Positions 37,130 to 48,682 are shown, counted from the first letter of the stretch. The stretch is 64,000 bases of DNA from Rhodanobacteraceae bacterium (GCA_027019085.1 JALUXG010000011.1:1944-65943); one strand, 5' to 3'. Made by a program: numbers and translations. The notes: a model not told the origin generated them from the sequence alone.

Positions 37130-38265
37130 GGTCGCGCATCCGAGGGTCGTCCACTGCCGTCGTGCTGCTGATGCTGGCTGCCTGCAGCACGCCCGGGCAA
37201 CGCCCGAACCCAGCCGTGCCCCCGGCACCGGTGGCAACGTCACCCGCTTCCAAACCCTCAGCGCCGGCAAGCGCAGCCGAAAAACCGTCGCCGGCGCCCG
37301 TTCCCGCGAATTTGTGGTCGCGCATGCGAGCGCGTTTTGCCCTGCCCGGTTGCGATGCCGACCCGCGCATTGTGTTCTGGGCCAGGCGCTATACCCGCAA
37401 CAGCGCCGGTTTCGAACGCTATCTGCAGGAGGTGACCCCAACCATTGCCTATGTCGAAGGGGCCGCCGAACACGCGCATATACCGGCCGAATTCAGCCTG
37501 CTGCCCTGGGTCGAAAGCCGTTACCGTGCATCGCCGGCAAAGGGCCGCCGTTCGGCCGGCATGTGGCAGATCGTGCCCATTACCGCCCGTCACCTGCACC
37601 TGCCGATGGAACGTGACTACGATGCGCGCCTGGACCGCATCGTCAGCACGCGTGCAGTGATGCACATGCTGTCCGGGTACGCACGGCGCTGGCACGACTG
37701 GCGACTGGTGGACATGGCCTACAACGCCGGACCGAACCGCATCGGCCGCCTGCACCCGTCCGGTCCGGCCCCTGCCCAGCCGCTGGTGCCGGACCTGGCG
37801 GTAAGCCACATCACCCGGGACCACCTGCTCAAGCTGCTGGCCATCGCCTGCGTGATCCGCGAACCGCAACGCTTCGGCGTACAGCTTCCCGCACCCGACA
37901 AGGAACGTCGCCTGGTCGAAATCGATCTGCCGTTTCCGGCAACGCTCGATGCCGTGGCCCGTGCCGCCCACGTGCCGCTGCGTCGGATTCGACGACTCAA
38001 TGCCGCCTATCTGCATGGACGCATGCCAGGGGCCGGCCCCTGGCACGTGCTGTTGCCCGCCTACGGCGCCGCGCGCCTTGATGAAGCCCTGGCGCAACAC
38101 CAGTTGCCGCGTCAGCCCGCTGTGCACACCGTAAGGCCGGGCGAATCACTGTGGAGCATTGCGCGGCACTATGGCCTCGACGTGCGCCAGCTCAGGCGGA
38201 TGAACCATCTGCACGGCAATCTGCTGCACCCGGGCCAGGTGCTGCGCGTACAGGCGTCGCGATAA
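37126..38265 (+). CDS. lipoprotein lytic transglycosylase with C-terminal LysM domain (MltD-like)
   Basis: Track ORF trimmed to the ATG at 37126, which overlaps the gloB stop. Lipobox LLMLAAC, SLT core LLPWVESRY...GMWQI, and LysM segment HTVRPGESLWSIARHYG. Confidence 0.8.
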   Translation: MRSRIRGSSTAVVLLMLAACSTPGQRPNPAVPPAPVATSPASKPSAPASAAEKPSPAPVPANLWSRMRARFALPGCDADPRIVFWARRYTRNSAGFERYLQEVTPTIAYVEGAAEHAHIPAEFSLLPWVESRYRASPAKGRRSAGMWQIVPITARHLHLPMERDYDARLDRIVSTRAVMHMLSGYARRWHDWRLVDMAYNAGPNRIGRLHPSGPAPAQPLVPDLAVSHITRDHLLKLLAIACVIREPQRFGVQLPAPDKERRLVEIDLPFPATLDAVARAAHVPLRRIRRLNAAYLHGRMPGAGPWHVLLPAYGAARLDEALAQHQLPRQPAVHTVRPGESLWSIARHYGLDVRQLRRMNHLHGNLLHPGQVLRVQASR

Positions 38266-38351
38266 GGCACACCGGCAGGCGCATCCTCGGTTAAACTTGG
38301 TATTCCGTCCGTGCCTGCACGGACCTGGCCAAGCAAACAATCGGAGGAGCC

Positions 38352-39134
38352 ATGGGATTCCTGCACGGCAAGCGCGCACTGGTGGTCGGCATTGCCAGCC
38401 AGCGATCGATCGCCTGGGGCATTGCCAACGCCATGCATCGCGAAGGCGCGCAACTGGCGTTCACTTACCAGAACGACCGGCTGAAAAGCCGCGTGGAAGA
38501 AGCAGCCGCTTCCTTCGGCTCCAACATCGTGCTGCCCTGTGACGTGGCCGATGATGCGCAGATCGAAAACCTGTTCGCGCAACTGGGCAAGCACTGGGAT
38601 GGGCTGGACGTACTGGTCCATTCGGTCGGCTACGCTCCCCGCGAGGCACTGCAGGGCGGCTTCCTGGACAACCTTACGCGCGAGAGCTTCAACATCGCGC
38701 ACGACATTTCCAGCTACAGCCTAGCCGCACTGGCCAAGGCGGCCCGCCCGATGATGCAGGGCCGTGGCAGCGCCATCCTGACACTGACCTACCTGGGTTC
38801 GGTGCGGGCCCTGTCCAGCTACAACGTCATGGGCCTGGCCAAGGCCAGCCTCGAGGCCAATGTGCGTTACCTGGCGTACAACCTGGGGCCGGAAGGCACC
38901 CGTGTGAATGCCATCTCTGCCGGTCCGATCAAGACCCTGGCCGCATCGGGCGTGGGCAACCTGCGGAAGATGCTCGACCACGTCGAGGAAACGGCGCCGC
39001 TGCGCCGCAACGTCACCATCGACGATGTCGGCAATGCAGCCGCCTTCCTGTGCTCGGACCTGGCCTCGGGCATCACCGGTGAAGTCACCTATGTGGACGC
39101 CGGCTACAGCACGCTGGGCATGACCGGGATCTGA
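38352..39134 (+). CDS. fabI: enoyl-[acyl-carrier-protein] reductase (NADH)
   Basis: 260 aa. [27 protein letters not shown] and [11 protein letters not shown] motifs. Confidence 0.93.
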   Translation: MGFLHGKRALVVGIASQRSIAWGIANAMHREGAQLAFTYQNDRLKSRVEEAAASFGSNIVLPCDVADDAQIENLFAQLGKHWDGLDVLVHSVGYAPREALQGGFLDNLTRESFNIAHDISSYSLAALAKAARPMMQGRGSAILTLTYLGSVRALSSYNVMGLAKASLEANVRYLAYNLGPEGTRVNAISAGPIKTLAASGVGNLRKMLDHVEETAPLRRNVTIDDVGNAAAFLCSDLASGITGEVTYVDAGYSTLGMTGI

Positions 39135-39187
39135 TGGCTTGCCTGATCGGTTGACGGACCTGGCCATGGAGCCATGGGCTGCATACG

Positions 39188-39214
39188 AAAAGGGCCGCAA
39201 ACTGCGGCCCTTTT
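39188..39214. terminator. bidirectional rho-independent terminator (fabI / ppiD convergent)
   Basis: AAAA-GGGCCGC-AAACT-GCGGCCC-TTTT. Confidence 0.7.
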
Positions 39215-39253
39215 CCATGTGTGAATCACGTCCTATGGCGGCTGTCTCGCAGC

Positions 39254-41164
39254 TTACATGCGGTCGCGTGCGATCTCGATCTTGGTGTGCTTGCGCAGGA
39301 TGGCGATGAATTCGTCCACCGCGACCAGCGCATTGGCCTGGCGCAACCGCTGGCGGAAGAAGTCACGCTCAGGCTTGCTTACTTTGGACAAGTCGCCAGG
39401 ATGCACCGCACCCAGGGCGATCAACGCATAGCCGTCCTTGCCGAGATCGACGCTGGCATAACTCTTCTTGCCCTTGGCCGGAGGCGGCATGCGGAAGGCC
39501 GTTTGCAGCAGGGCAGGAGGCACGCCCTTCTGACTGCGCTGCGCATGATCGACGGTCTGCACCGACACGCCCAGCTTGCCCACGGTCGCCGCCAGATGCC
39601 CGTCCTTGCGTACCTGGGCCAGCAAGGCTTCGGCCTGGTCCCGCGCAGCCTTGGCCGCGCGCTGCTGGAGAATGCTCGCGCGGATGCGCGCACGCACCTG
39701 GGCGAGTGGTTCGAGCTTGGACGGCAGGTGCTTGAGCAGATGGATCACCACCATGCGGTTGGGGCCGAGCTTGATCGCGCTGGAATTGTTTCCCTGCACC
39801 AGCACGTCGTCGGAAAACGCTGCCTTGACCACCTGTGGATTGGCGGCGATGCCCTGCTTGGCCCCGTCCTTGCCGAACAGACCGGTCGTCTGTACGGACA
39901 GACCCAGCGCCTTGGCAGCCGGTTCCAGCGAGCCGGGTTCGGCATAGGTCTTGTCGGTCAGCTTGTTGGCCAGCTCGCTGAACTTGCGCTCGCGCGCGCC
40001 TTCTTCCATCTCCTTGGCCAATTCGCCGCGAACCTCGCTGAAAGTCTTGATCTTGCCGGCCCGGATACCACGCAGATCGATGATGTGGTAACCCTCGGGC
40101 GAAAGCACGGGCTTGGAAATCTGGCCTTTCTTCAGTGCGAACAGCGCATCCTCGAATGCCTTGTTGGTCACGCCGCGCTGGATCCAGCCCAGGTTGCCGC
40201 CCTGGCTCTTCGAACCCAGGTCATCGGAATACTTGCGTGCCAGTGCGGCGAAATCCGCGCCGGCCTCGGCCTGCCTGTAGATCGATTCGGCCTTGGCCAG
40301 TGCCGCTTTCTGCTGGGCGGGCGTCGCATTCTTCGGCACGCTGATCAGGATATGCGAAGCAAGGCGCTGCGCCGGTTCCTGGAAGCGCGCCTTTTCCTTT
40401 TCGTAACGCTGCCGGAGATCGGCCTCACTGGGGGTGGTGTCAATCTTCAGCTTCGAGGCGTCCAGCTCGATGTAGCTGAGCGAGACCTGATCCCGGGTCA
40501 TGTATTCGGGCTTGTGCTGCTCGTACCAGTCCGAGACCTGCTTGTCGGTCACCGTGCTGTCGGTCAGGGGAGGCCTGGGAAGCAGGGCATAACGCAGGTC
40601 GCGCGTCTGGTAGATCAGTGACAGCAGGGCATCCAGATCCCGCTCGGTGACCACCGCCGAAGCCTGGATGGCGTCAGGCAGGAGCGTCGTTTCCAGCGAG
40701 GCGCGGACACGGTCCTGGTACATCTCGGGCGTCATGCCCGCATTGGCCAGAATCGCACTGTAGGTGTCGGCATTGAACTTGCCGTTCACCTGGAAATCGG
40801 TTGTATTGGCGATCGCCTGCTGCAACTGCGCGACGGTCACGGCGAGACCGAGCTGCTTGTTGGCCTGCAACAGCAACTGCTGCTTGATGAGGCCATCAAG
40901 CACCTGCTGCTTGACCTCGGGCTTGTCGAAATAGCCGGGATCGAACTTGTTGTTCGGATCCTGCGCAGCCTGACGACGCAGTTCGTTCATGCGGTCCTGG
41001 AACGCGCGCTGGGAGATCTCGACCTTGCCGACCTTGGCCACAAAGGTGTTGGTGTCCTGACTGACATAGCTGATCAGTCCGAAACTGGCCAACAGCAGAG
41101 CCATGGCGCCGAACAGGATGATGGCCGGCCAGCCTTGGAGTTTGTCGCGTAGGTTCTGGAGCAT
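39254..41164 (-). CDS. ppiD: periplasmic chaperone / peptidyl-prolyl isomerase PpiD
   Basis: 636 aa. N-terminal TM anchor, SurA-N-like domain, and parvulin segment ASHILISV...GGNLGWI. Confidence 0.88.
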   Translation of the reverse strand: MLQNLRDKLQGWPAIILFGAMALLLASFGLISYVSQDTNTFVAKVGKVEISQRAFQDRMNELRRQAAQDPNNKFDPGYFDKPEVKQQVLDGLIKQQLLLQANKQLGLAVTVAQLQQAIANTTDFQVNGKFNADTYSAILANAGMTPEMYQDRVRASLETTLLPDAIQASAVVTERDLDALLSLIYQTRDLRYALLPRPPLTDSTVTDKQVSDWYEQHKPEYMTRDQVSLSYIELDASKLKIDTTPSEADLRQRYEKEKARFQEPAQRLASHILISVPKNATPAQQKAALAKAESIYRQAEAGADFAALARKYSDDLGSKSQGGNLGWIQRGVTNKAFEDALFALKKGQISKPVLSPEGYHIIDLRGIRAGKIKTFSEVRGELAKEMEEGARERKFSELANKLTDKTYAEPGSLEPAAKALGLSVQTTGLFGKDGAKQGIAANPQVVKAAFSDDVLVQGNNSSAIKLGPNRMVVIHLLKHLPSKLEPLAQVRARIRASILQQRAAKAARDQAEALLAQVRKDGHLAATVGKLGVSVQTVDHAQRSQKGVPPALLQTAFRMPPPAKGKKSYASVDLGKDGYALIALGAVHPGDLSKVSKPERDFFRQRLRQANALVAVDEFIAILRKHTKIEIARDRM

Positions 41165-41201
41165 GAAAGTTACCGCTGATGAGGGCTTCTGGCATCGGAC
41201 G

Positions 41202-41236
41202 CAAAGATCAAGGGCGCCTGTCAGGCGCCCTTGATC
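41202..41236 (-). terminator. rho-independent terminator after tRNA-Asp
   Basis: Minus strand GATCAAGGGCGCC-TGACA-GGCGCCCTTGATC followed by TTTG. Confidence 0.7.
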
Positions 41237-41242
41237 GGCTCG

Positions 41243-41319
41243 TGGCGGAGTGGACGGGACTCGAACCCGCGACCTCCGGCGTGACAGGCCAGCATTCTAA
41301 CCAACTGAACTACCACTCC
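41243..41319 (-). tRNA. tRNA-Asp(GTC)
   Basis: GGAGTGG acceptor, anticodon arm CTGGC-CTGTCAC-GCCGG, T-loop TTCGAGT, CCA. Close to the E. coli tRNA-Asp sequence. Confidence 0.93.
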
Positions 41320-41378
41320 GCGAACCGGGAACAGCACGGACTGTGCAAACTCGGACACGGGTCCGGTGCTCAGCATGC

Positions 41379-41453
41379 TGGTGGGTGCTGAGGGGATCGA
41401 ACCCCCGACCCTCGCCTTGTAAGGGCGACGCTCTACCGCTGAGCTAAGCACCC
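41379..41453 (-). tRNA. tRNA-Val(TAC)
   Basis: GGGTGCT acceptor, anticodon loop CTTACAA, T-loop TTCGATC, CCA. Confidence 0.93.
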
Positions 41454-41462
41454 GGAAGCGCG

Positions 41463-41735
41463 TTAGTTTAGGGCGTCCTTGAGGCCCTTGCCAGCCTTGA
41501 AACCGGGAACGTTGGAAGCCTTGATCTTGATCACTTCATTGGTGCGGGGATTGCGGCCGGTACGAGCGGCACGACGACGAACGGAGAAGGTGCCGAAACC
41601 GACCAGGGAGACGGCATCGCCCTTCTTGAGACTCTTCTTCACGACTTCGGTGAAGGCATCAACGGCACGCGTGGCGTCGGCCTTGCTGATGTCGGCTTTT
41701 TCGGCCACGGCATTGATGAGATCGGCTTTGTTCAT
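41463..41735 (-). CDS. hupB: HU family DNA-binding protein
   Basis: 90 aa. MNKADLI...[20 protein letters not shown] signature. Confidence 0.93.
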   Translation of the reverse strand: MNKADLINAVAEKADISKADATRAVDAFTEVVKKSLKKGDAVSLVGFGTFSVRRRAARTGRNPRTNEVIKIKASNVPGFKAGKGLKDALN

Positions 41736-42041
41736 GGATGTACTCCTTAGGTCAAGGGATTGGCAGATTCGTCACCAGGACGGTGACCTGCCAACGTTGA
41801 AATGGAAGCTGGCATCCCCGGTGCCAGCTGACAGACCTTGATGCTTTTGTTTGCCACGATGCATGCAGTACGCACATCACGGTAGAGCCTTTATACCAGT
41901 GCCCCCAGGGGTCCGCAATACAAGGCCCAGCAAGGGTTTGAGCAATGTGGCAAGGTCGGGCGCAGGCTTCCGGGGTCAACTGCCCGTTCGCATCCGCCAT
42001 GTGGCGGTCACGATGTGCAGCATGCCGGCCGGCCGAGGACT

Positions 42042-44570
42042 TCAATGCGTACGCGAAGGGGCCGGCTGGCCAGAGGGTTTCTTCGCCGGACTGACCTGTG
42101 ACGGTTTCCCCTTGTTCTTGCCCGACGGTTTTTCCGGCGCCGCGCCCACGGGGCGTTCCAGGGCCAGGTCGAGCACTTCATCGATCCAGCGAACCGGATG
42201 GATGTCCAGCGAGTTGGTGATGTTGTCAGGTATCTCGGCAAGATCCTTGCGGTTTTCTTCCGGAATGATGACGGTGGTGATGCCACCGCGATGCGCGGCC
42301 AGGAGTTTTTCCTTCAGCCCACCAATCGGCAATACGCGACCACGCAGGGTGATCTCACCGGTCATGGCCACCTCGGCACGCACCGGAATACGGGTCAATA
42401 CCGACACCAGCGCTGTACACATGGCGATGCCCGCACTGGGACCGTCCTTGGGGGTGGCGCCTTCCGGCACGTGCACGTGGATGTCGTTTTCGCTGTGGAA
42501 GTCCGGGTCGATGCCAAACATCTCCGAACGCGCACGGACCACCGACAGGGCTGCCTGGATGGACTCCTTCATCACATCACCAAGCTGGCCGGTAAGCACC
42601 AGCTTGCCCTTGCCGGGCACAACCGAAGCCTCGATGCTGAGCAGGTCGCCGCCGACCTGGGTCCAGGCCAGGCCGGTGACCAGGCCGATCTCGTTCTGCT
42701 GTTCCTTGCGACCAAAGTCGAAACGGCGCACGCCCAGGTATTTGTGCAGGTTGCGCGAATCGACCTTGACCGAGCCGCGCTTGCCGGCACTCTTCCTGCG
42801 TGCACCGGCACGCTTGCTGCCGTCACCCGTGGCGCTGGCTTTTTTCGCGCCCTTGCCGCGCGCGGCTTCCAGCGACAGTGTCTTGACGACCTTGCGGCAG
42901 ATGCGTGCCATCTCGCGCTCGAGATTGCGCACACCGGACTCGCGCGTGTAGTAACGCACGATATCGCGGATGGCGCCTTCGGAGACCGCCAGTTCACCGT
43001 CCTTGAGGCCGTTTGCCTTCAACTGCTTGGGCAACAGGTAGCGCAACGCTATGGCAATCTTCTCGTCCTCGGTGTAACCGGGGATGCGGATGACTTCCAT
43101 GCGGTCCAGCAGTGGGCCGGGAATGTTCAGCGAATTGGCGGTGGCGATCCACATCACTTCGGACAGGTCGACGTCGACCTCCAGGTAATGGTCGTTGAAT
43201 GCGTGATTCTGTTCCGGATCGAGCACTTCAAGCAGTGCGGAAGACGGATCGCCGCGAAAATCCATCGACATCTTGTCGATCTCGTCCAGCACGTAAAGCG
43301 GATTGCGTGTGCCGACCTTGGACAGGTTCTGCACGATGCGCCCCGGCATGGAGCCGATGTAGGTCCGACGATGGCCGCGGATCTCGGCCTCATCGCGTAC
43401 CCCGCCCAGGCTGTTGCGCACGAACTTGCGGTTGGTGGCGCGGGCGATGGACTTGCCCAGCGACGTCTTGCCCACGCCCGGCGGTCCCACCAGACACAGG
43501 ATGGGACCCTTCATGTTGTTGACCCGCTGCTGCACGGCCAGGTACTCGAGGATGCGTTCCTTGACCTCCTCCAGACCGTAATGATCGGCATCGAGCACTT
43601 CCTTGGCCAGTTGCAGGTCCTTGCGCACCTTCGAGCGCTTTTTCCACGGCGTGGCGAGCAGCCAGTCCAGGTAGTTGCGCACCACCGTGGCCTCGGCCGA
43701 CATCGGCGACATCTGCTTGAGCTTGCCCAGTTCCTGGCGTGCCTTGGCCAGTACTTCCCCGGGCATGCCGGCCGCATCGATCTTCTTCTGCAACGTTTCG
43801 ATCTCGTTGCCGCCGTCTTCGCCCTCGCCCAGTTCCTTCTGGATCGCCTTCATCTGTTCGTTGAGGTAGTACTCGCGCTGACTCTTTTCCATCTGTGACT
43901 TGATGCGGCCGCGGATCCGCTTTTCGACTTGTTGCAGATCCATTTCGCCGTCGACCAGGCCCACCAGCAACTCCAGTCGCGCGCCGACTTCGACGGTTTC
44001 CAGAACCTTCTGCTTGTCTGGAATGCGCACCGAAAGGTGCGCGGCAATGGTGTCTGCCAGGCGGGAAGGGTCTTCGATGCCCGACAGCGTGGACAGCACC
44101 TCGGGCGGCAACTTGCGGCTTTGCCGCACAAGCTGCTCGAACAGCGAGACCAGGGTGCGCGAGACCACTTCCAGCTCGCGCTCGCCTTCCTCGTAGACCG
44201 ACTCGATGACGTGGGTGCGCGCACGCAGCAGGTCATCACTTTCCTCGTAGGCGTCCACACCGACTCGCGCCTGCCCTTCCACAAGCACCTTCACGGTACC
44301 GTCGGGCAGGCGGAGCAATTGCAGGACATTGGCCAGGGTCCCGACTTCAAACAGGTCGGAAGGCGCGGGATCGTCGATGTCCGGACCGGTCTGCGCCACC
44401 AGCAGGATGCGCCGCTCGCCGTCCATCGCCGCCTCCAGCGCGCGCATGGACTTCTCGCGTCCGACGAACAGCGGAATGACCATGTGCGGGTAGACCACGA
44501 CATCGCGCAAGGGCAACACCGGGATGGCGTCAGTCGGGGATTCGGCGGTGCTAGTGGTTTCTTGCGTCAT
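42042..44570 (-). CDS. lon: ATP-dependent Lon protease
   Basis: 842 aa. LON N-domain, Walker [10 protein letters not shown], and protease motif DGPSAGIAM. Confidence 0.95.
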   Translation of the reverse strand: MTQETTSTAESPTDAIPVLPLRDVVVYPHMVIPLFVGREKSMRALEAAMDGERRILLVAQTGPDIDDPAPSDLFEVGTLANVLQLLRLPDGTVKVLVEGQARVGVDAYEESDDLLRARTHVIESVYEEGERELEVVSRTLVSLFEQLVRQSRKLPPEVLSTLSGIEDPSRLADTIAAHLSVRIPDKQKVLETVEVGARLELLVGLVDGEMDLQQVEKRIRGRIKSQMEKSQREYYLNEQMKAIQKELGEGEDGGNEIETLQKKIDAAGMPGEVLAKARQELGKLKQMSPMSAEATVVRNYLDWLLATPWKKRSKVRKDLQLAKEVLDADHYGLEEVKERILEYLAVQQRVNNMKGPILCLVGPPGVGKTSLGKSIARATNRKFVRNSLGGVRDEAEIRGHRRTYIGSMPGRIVQNLSKVGTRNPLYVLDEIDKMSMDFRGDPSSALLEVLDPEQNHAFNDHYLEVDVDLSEVMWIATANSLNIPGPLLDRMEVIRIPGYTEDEKIAIALRYLLPKQLKANGLKDGELAVSEGAIRDIVRYYTRESGVRNLEREMARICRKVVKTLSLEAARGKGAKKASATGDGSKRAGARRKSAGKRGSVKVDSRNLHKYLGVRRFDFGRKEQQNEIGLVTGLAWTQVGGDLLSIEASVVPGKGKLVLTGQLGDVMKESIQAALSVVRARSEMFGIDPDFHSENDIHVHVPEGATPKDGPSAGIAMCTALVSVLTRIPVRAEVAMTGEITLRGRVLPIGGLKEKLLAAHRGGITTVIIPEENRKDLAEIPDNITNSLDIHPVRWIDEVLDLALERPVGAAPEKPSGKNKGKPSQVSPAKKPSGQPAPSRTH

Positions 44571-44682
44571 GAAAAGGTATCCGGGGCATGGAAGCGCATC
44601 ACCCGAGCCTGCGCCCGGGTCCCATGCAGGTCAAGTGGAGTCGCCAGCGGTCCATCTCAAGGCCACCAGGCGAAGACAGGGA

Positions 44683-45975
44683 TCAAGCCGCGCCGCTGGC
44701 GCCTTCGGCCGACTGTTGCTGCAGGTTGCCGCGATAGATCAGGTACGGCTCGGCCTGGCCATCGATGACGGCATCGTCGATCACGACCTTGCTGACGTGT
44801 TCGAGCGAGGGAAGCTCGAACATCGTGTCCAGCAGCACCTGCTCGATGATGGTGCGCAGGCCACGGGCGCCGGTCTTGCGCTTGAGGGCCCTGCGGGCAA
44901 TGGCCTTGAGCGCCTCGGGACGGAACTCCAGCTCCACGTCCTCCATGTCGAACAGCTTCCGGAACTGCTTGGTGACCGCGTTCTTCGGTTCGACCAGGAT
45001 CTGCACCAGGGCGTCCTCATCCAGCTCGTCGAGCGTCGCGACCACCGGCAGGCGGCCGACGAATTCCGGGATCAGGCCGAAACGGACCAGATCCTCGGGC
45101 TCCACCCCGGCCAGCAGCTTGCCGATGTCCTGTCCGCGGTCCTTGCTGCGTACCTCGGCGGAAAAGCCGATGCCGGTGGTTTCCGAGCGCTGCTGGATGA
45201 TCTTTTCCAGGCCGGCGAAAGCCCCGCCACAGATGAACAGGATGTTGCGCGTGTCGACCTGCAGGAATTCCTGTTGCGGATGCTTGCGCCCACCCTGTGG
45301 CGGCACCGAGGCCAGAGTGCCCTCGACCAGTTTGAGCAACGCCTGCTGCACGCCCTCGCCCGACACGTCGCGGGTAATGGACGGGTTGTCGCTCTTGCGC
45401 GAGATCTTGTCGATCTCGTCGATGTAGACGATGCCCGACTGGGCCTTGTCGACATCGTAGTCGCATTTTTGCAACAGCTTCTGGATGATGTTCTCGACAT
45501 CCTCGCCGACATAGCCGGCTTCGGTCAGCGTCGTTGCATCGGCAATGGTGAACGGCACGTTGAGCAGGCGCGCCAGCGTTTCGGCCAGCAGTGTCTTGCC
45601 CGACCCGGTCGGGCCGATCAGCAGGATGTTGGACTTGGACAGCTCGACATCGTCGTTCTTCTGGCGCGATTCGAGCCGCTTGTAATGGTTGTAGACAGCC
45701 ACCGACAGGGCGCGCTTGGCGCGGTCCTGGCCGATCACGTACTGGTTGAGGGTGTCCATGATTTCGCGCGGCTTGGGCAACTGCGTGCGCCCGCTGGAGG
45801 CCTTTTCCTCCAGCTCCTCGCGGATGATGTCGTTGCACAGCTCCACGCACTCGTCGCAGATGTACACCGACGGGCCCGCGATCAGTTTGCGGACCTCATG
45901 CTGGCTCTTGCCGCAGAACGAACAGTAGAGGATTTTTCCACTGTCGCCGGAACGGCCCTGCCGATCGTCACTCAT
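44683..45975 (-). CDS. clpX: ATP-dependent Clp protease ATP-binding subunit ClpX
   Basis: Trimmed to the ATG at 45975. Zinc finger CSFCGKSQ...CDEC, Walker A GPTGSGKT, and IGF loop region. Confidence 0.95.
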   Translation of the reverse strand: MSDDRQGRSGDSGKILYCSFCGKSQHEVRKLIAGPSVYICDECVELCNDIIREELEEKASSGRTQLPKPREIMDTLNQYVIGQDRAKRALSVAVYNHYKRLESRQKNDDVELSKSNILLIGPTGSGKTLLAETLARLLNVPFTIADATTLTEAGYVGEDVENIIQKLLQKCDYDVDKAQSGIVYIDEIDKISRKSDNPSITRDVSGEGVQQALLKLVEGTLASVPPQGGRKHPQQEFLQVDTRNILFICGGAFAGLEKIIQQRSETTGIGFSAEVRSKDRGQDIGKLLAGVEPEDLVRFGLIPEFVGRLPVVATLDELDEDALVQILVEPKNAVTKQFRKLFDMEDVELEFRPEALKAIARRALKRKTGARGLRTIIEQVLLDTMFELPSLEHVSKVVIDDAVIDGQAEPYLIYRGNLQQQSAEGASGAA

Positions 45976-46071
45976 GCTCTTGATTCCCGAAATGTTTCCG
46001 GCCGCGAGGCGAGCATAGCATAGCGCCACGCCCTGACAACGCAGGGGCGGCGCCTGCTGCCTGGACCGGGG

Positions 46072-46698
46072 TCAGGCCGGCTTGGATGCGTCCACCTGGC
46101 GCTTGTCGATGACCGAGTCGATCAGGCCGTATTCGCTGGCTTCGGCGCCGCTCATGAAGCGGTCGCGTTCGGTGTCGCGGGCGATGTCATCCACCGGCTT
46201 GCCGGTGTGGTGCGAAAGGATCTCGTTGAGACGCTCGCGCATGGTCAGGATCTCGCGCGCGTGAATTTCGATGTCCGTGGCCTGACCGGAAATGCCGCCG
46301 GCCCAGGGCTGGTGGATCATGATGCGCGAATGGGGCAGCGAATAACGCTTGCCTGCCGTGCCGGCCGTCAGCAGCAGTGCCCCCATGCTGGCCGCCTGCC
46401 CCACGCACATGGTGCTGACATCGGGCTTGATGAACTGCATGGTGTCGTAGATGGCCAGGCCCGCCGTGACCGAACCGCCGGGGCTGTTGATGTACAGGCT
46501 GATGTCCTTGTCCGGGTTTTCCGACTCCAGGAACAGCAGCTGCGCCACGATCAGGTTGGCGACGTTGTCGTCGACCGGACCGACCAGGAACACCACGCGC
46601 TCTTTCAGCAGACGCGAGTAAATGTCGTAGGCACGTTCGCCGCGGGAGGTCTGTTCGACCACCATCGGCACGAGATTGAGGTTCTGGATGGGGTCCAC
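46072..46698 (-). CDS. clpP: ATP-dependent Clp protease proteolytic subunit
   Basis: GTG at 46698 is preceded by GGAGAG and gives a 208-aa protein. The longer ATG 46797 start would overlap tig by 76 nt. GQAASMG and HQP catalytic motifs. Confidence 0.9.
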   Translation of the reverse strand: MDPIQNLNLVPMVVEQTSRGERAYDIYSRLLKERVVFLVGPVDDNVANLIVAQLLFLESENPDKDISLYINSPGGSVTAGLAIYDTMQFIKPDVSTMCVGQAASMGALLLTAGTAGKRYSLPHSRIMIHQPWAGGISGQATDIEIHAREILTMRERLNEILSHHTGKPVDDIARDTERDRFMSGAEASEYGLIDSVIDKRQVDASKPA

Positions 46699-46721
46699 GG
46701 CGCTCTCCGGTACGGTCGGGG

Positions 46722-48014
46722 TCAGCCCTTGGCGGGCTTCATCACCTCGTCGAAGCTCAGCTTCTTCTCGGTGGTCTTGGCGTGTTCGGCCACCCACTCG
46801 GCCACCTGATCCTCGAGGACACGGCTCTGCAGGCCCTGCATGAGCTGGGGATCGCCGCTGTAAAGTTCAATGACCCGCTCGGGTTCCTCGTACGTCGAGG
46901 CGATGGCGTGCAGGGTCTCGGTCAGGCGCTTGCGATCGACCTTGATCTCCTGGCGACGAGCAATCTCGCCCAGCATGAGCGCGGCAATCACGCGCTTGCG
47001 CGCCGCCGGGGTCACGGCCTCGATCATTTCCGGGGTCGGCTGCCTGCCTTCGGGCAACTGGCTGGAAATCATCCCGCGTGCCTCGCTCTCGATCATCACC
47101 CTGGGCACCTCGAGATCGTCGTGCATCTCGGCCAGCTTTTCGGCCACCTGGTTTTTCAGGCGCCCGACCAGCTGCCCATCCAGCTCGCGCTCGAGGTTGG
47201 CACGCACTTCCTTGCGCAGGGTCTCGAGCGTGCCGTCGGCAATGCCGAAAGCATGCGCAAAATCATCATTGACCTCGGGCAGGTGCGGCTCCTGCACCTT
47301 GGCAATGGAAAAATTGACCATGGCGGTCTTGCCGGCCAGATGCGCATTGCCGAAATCCTCGGGAAATGCAATTTCGGTGCTGTAGCGGTCGCCAGCCTTG
47401 CGCCCGGTCAGCGCCGCTTCCAGCGCCTCGAACAGATTGCCCGAACCGATCACGCTGCCGGCACGCTCCTGGCCCTTTTCGGGGAACCGGTAGTCGCCGG
47501 CCTGCGCGTCATAGTCGAACATGACGAAATCGCCTTCCTGCGAGGCACGGTCGACCGGCCCGAAGCTGCGGCGCTGCAGGCGCAGGGTCTCGATCATCGC
47601 ATCGATGTCGGCATCGGTCACTTCGGCCTTGATACGCTCGATGGCGATGTCGGCGACGTCCACGTCAGGCAGCTCGGGCATGACCTCGAAGGTGGCAGTG
47701 CATGCGATCTGACCGTCTTCCGCCTCGCCGGTGGTATCGACCGTCGGCTGGGCCACGGGGCGCAGCTTTTCCTGCTCGAAGGCTTCGCCCAGGCTGGTGC
47801 CGATCAGGTCGGACAGCACTTCGCCCCGTACCTGGCTGCCGAAACGCTGCTGGATCACCTTCACCGGCACCTTGCCCGGGCGAAAGCCCTTGAGGCGCAC
47901 GGTACGGCCCATCTCGGCGATGCGTTCGCTCACCTTGCTTTCCAGCCGCTCTGCCGGAATCTTCAGCGTCAGCTTGCGCTCGAGCTTGCTGACGTTTTCC
48001 ACCGAAACTTGCAT
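46722..48014 (-). CDS. tig: trigger factor
   Basis: Trimmed to the ATG at 48014 ([15 protein letters not shown]). GFRPGKVP ribosome-binding motif. Confidence 0.93.
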   Translation of the reverse strand: MQVSVENVSKLERKLTLKIPAERLESKVSERIAEMGRTVRLKGFRPGKVPVKVIQQRFGSQVRGEVLSDLIGTSLGEAFEQEKLRPVAQPTVDTTGEAEDGQIACTATFEVMPELPDVDVADIAIERIKAEVTDADIDAMIETLRLQRRSFGPVDRASQEGDFVMFDYDAQAGDYRFPEKGQERAGSVIGSGNLFEALEAALTGRKAGDRYSTEIAFPEDFGNAHLAGKTAMVNFSIAKVQEPHLPEVNDDFAHAFGIADGTLETLRKEVRANLERELDGQLVGRLKNQVAEKLAEMHDDLEVPRVMIESEARGMISSQLPEGRQPTPEMIEAVTPAARKRVIAALMLGEIARRQEIKVDRKRLTETLHAIASTYEEPERVIELYSGDPQLMQGLQSRVLEDQVAEWVAEHAKTTEKKLSFDEVMKPAKG

Positions 48015-48087
48015 GTCTGCTCCTGAAACCCGGGTCACGCGCCAGCCCACAGGCTACCGCGCACCCGCACAAATGGATGGTCGGGAA

Positions 48088-48174
<87 letters not shown>

Positions 48175-48252
48175 TGTCGCTCGGCCCCGACTGCCACGCG
48201 GTTCCGCTCTGCAACCGGGGTCAAGTTGACGATTCCCGTACACGAACCGGTG

Positions 48253-48282
48253 ATTCTACGGCGTCACGAACCCCGGACACAA
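48253..48282 (-). promoter_or_regulatory. candidate sigma70 promoter for tRNA-Leu
   Basis: Minus strand TTGTGT-N18-TAGAAT, downstream of the tRNA-Lys terminator. Confidence 0.4.
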
Positions 48283-48325
48283 GACAGGACCCTGTCCGGA
48301 ACGCATGAATGCGTCTTGGGCATTG

Positions 48326-48359
48326 AAAAAACGACGGCCCGCATCGCTGCGGGCCGTCG
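48326..48359 (-). terminator. rho-independent terminator after tRNA-Lys
   Basis: Minus strand CGACGGCCCGC-AGCGAT-GCGGGCCGTCG followed by TTTTTT. Confidence 0.78.
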
Positions 48360-48366
48360 CACTGAA

Positions 48367-48442
<76 letters not shown>

Positions 48443-48449
48443 ATGAAAA

Positions 48450-48527
48450 TGGGGTGGACGATGGGACTCGAACCCACGACATCCGGAATCACAATCCGGG
48501 ACTCTAACCAGCTGAGCTACGCCCACC
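48450..48527 (-). tRNA. tRNA-His(GTG)
   Basis: Extra G(-1), anticodon arm CCGGA-TTGTGAT-TCCGG, discriminator C, CCA. Confidence 0.92.
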
Positions 48528-48682
48528 ATTGCGGAATGCGGACGGGCACGTCCGGATTCCTGGCTTGCCGGGGACGACTCTCGAAACCCCGGACGAGAGT
48601 CGCGATGCTGCCGACGGCTCCCTATCCTGCATTTTCCACGTTTGTATCGTTTTTGTCTCTCTCTGCTTCTTGTCCACGACAC

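Noticed and set aside
42198-43898. 566-aa plus-strand ORF. Similar long ORFs occur at 44524..46023, 46782..48026, 39221..40621, 52720..54195, 50709..52028, 61411..62694, 14740..16071, 12894..14180 and 31316..33172.
   Set aside because: Each is antisense to a gene with clear homology (lon, clpX, tig, ppiD, pcnB, panB/panC, icd, aldehyde dehydrogenase, edd/eda, the MFS transporter). All show low-complexity compositions expected from reverse frames in GC-rich DNA.
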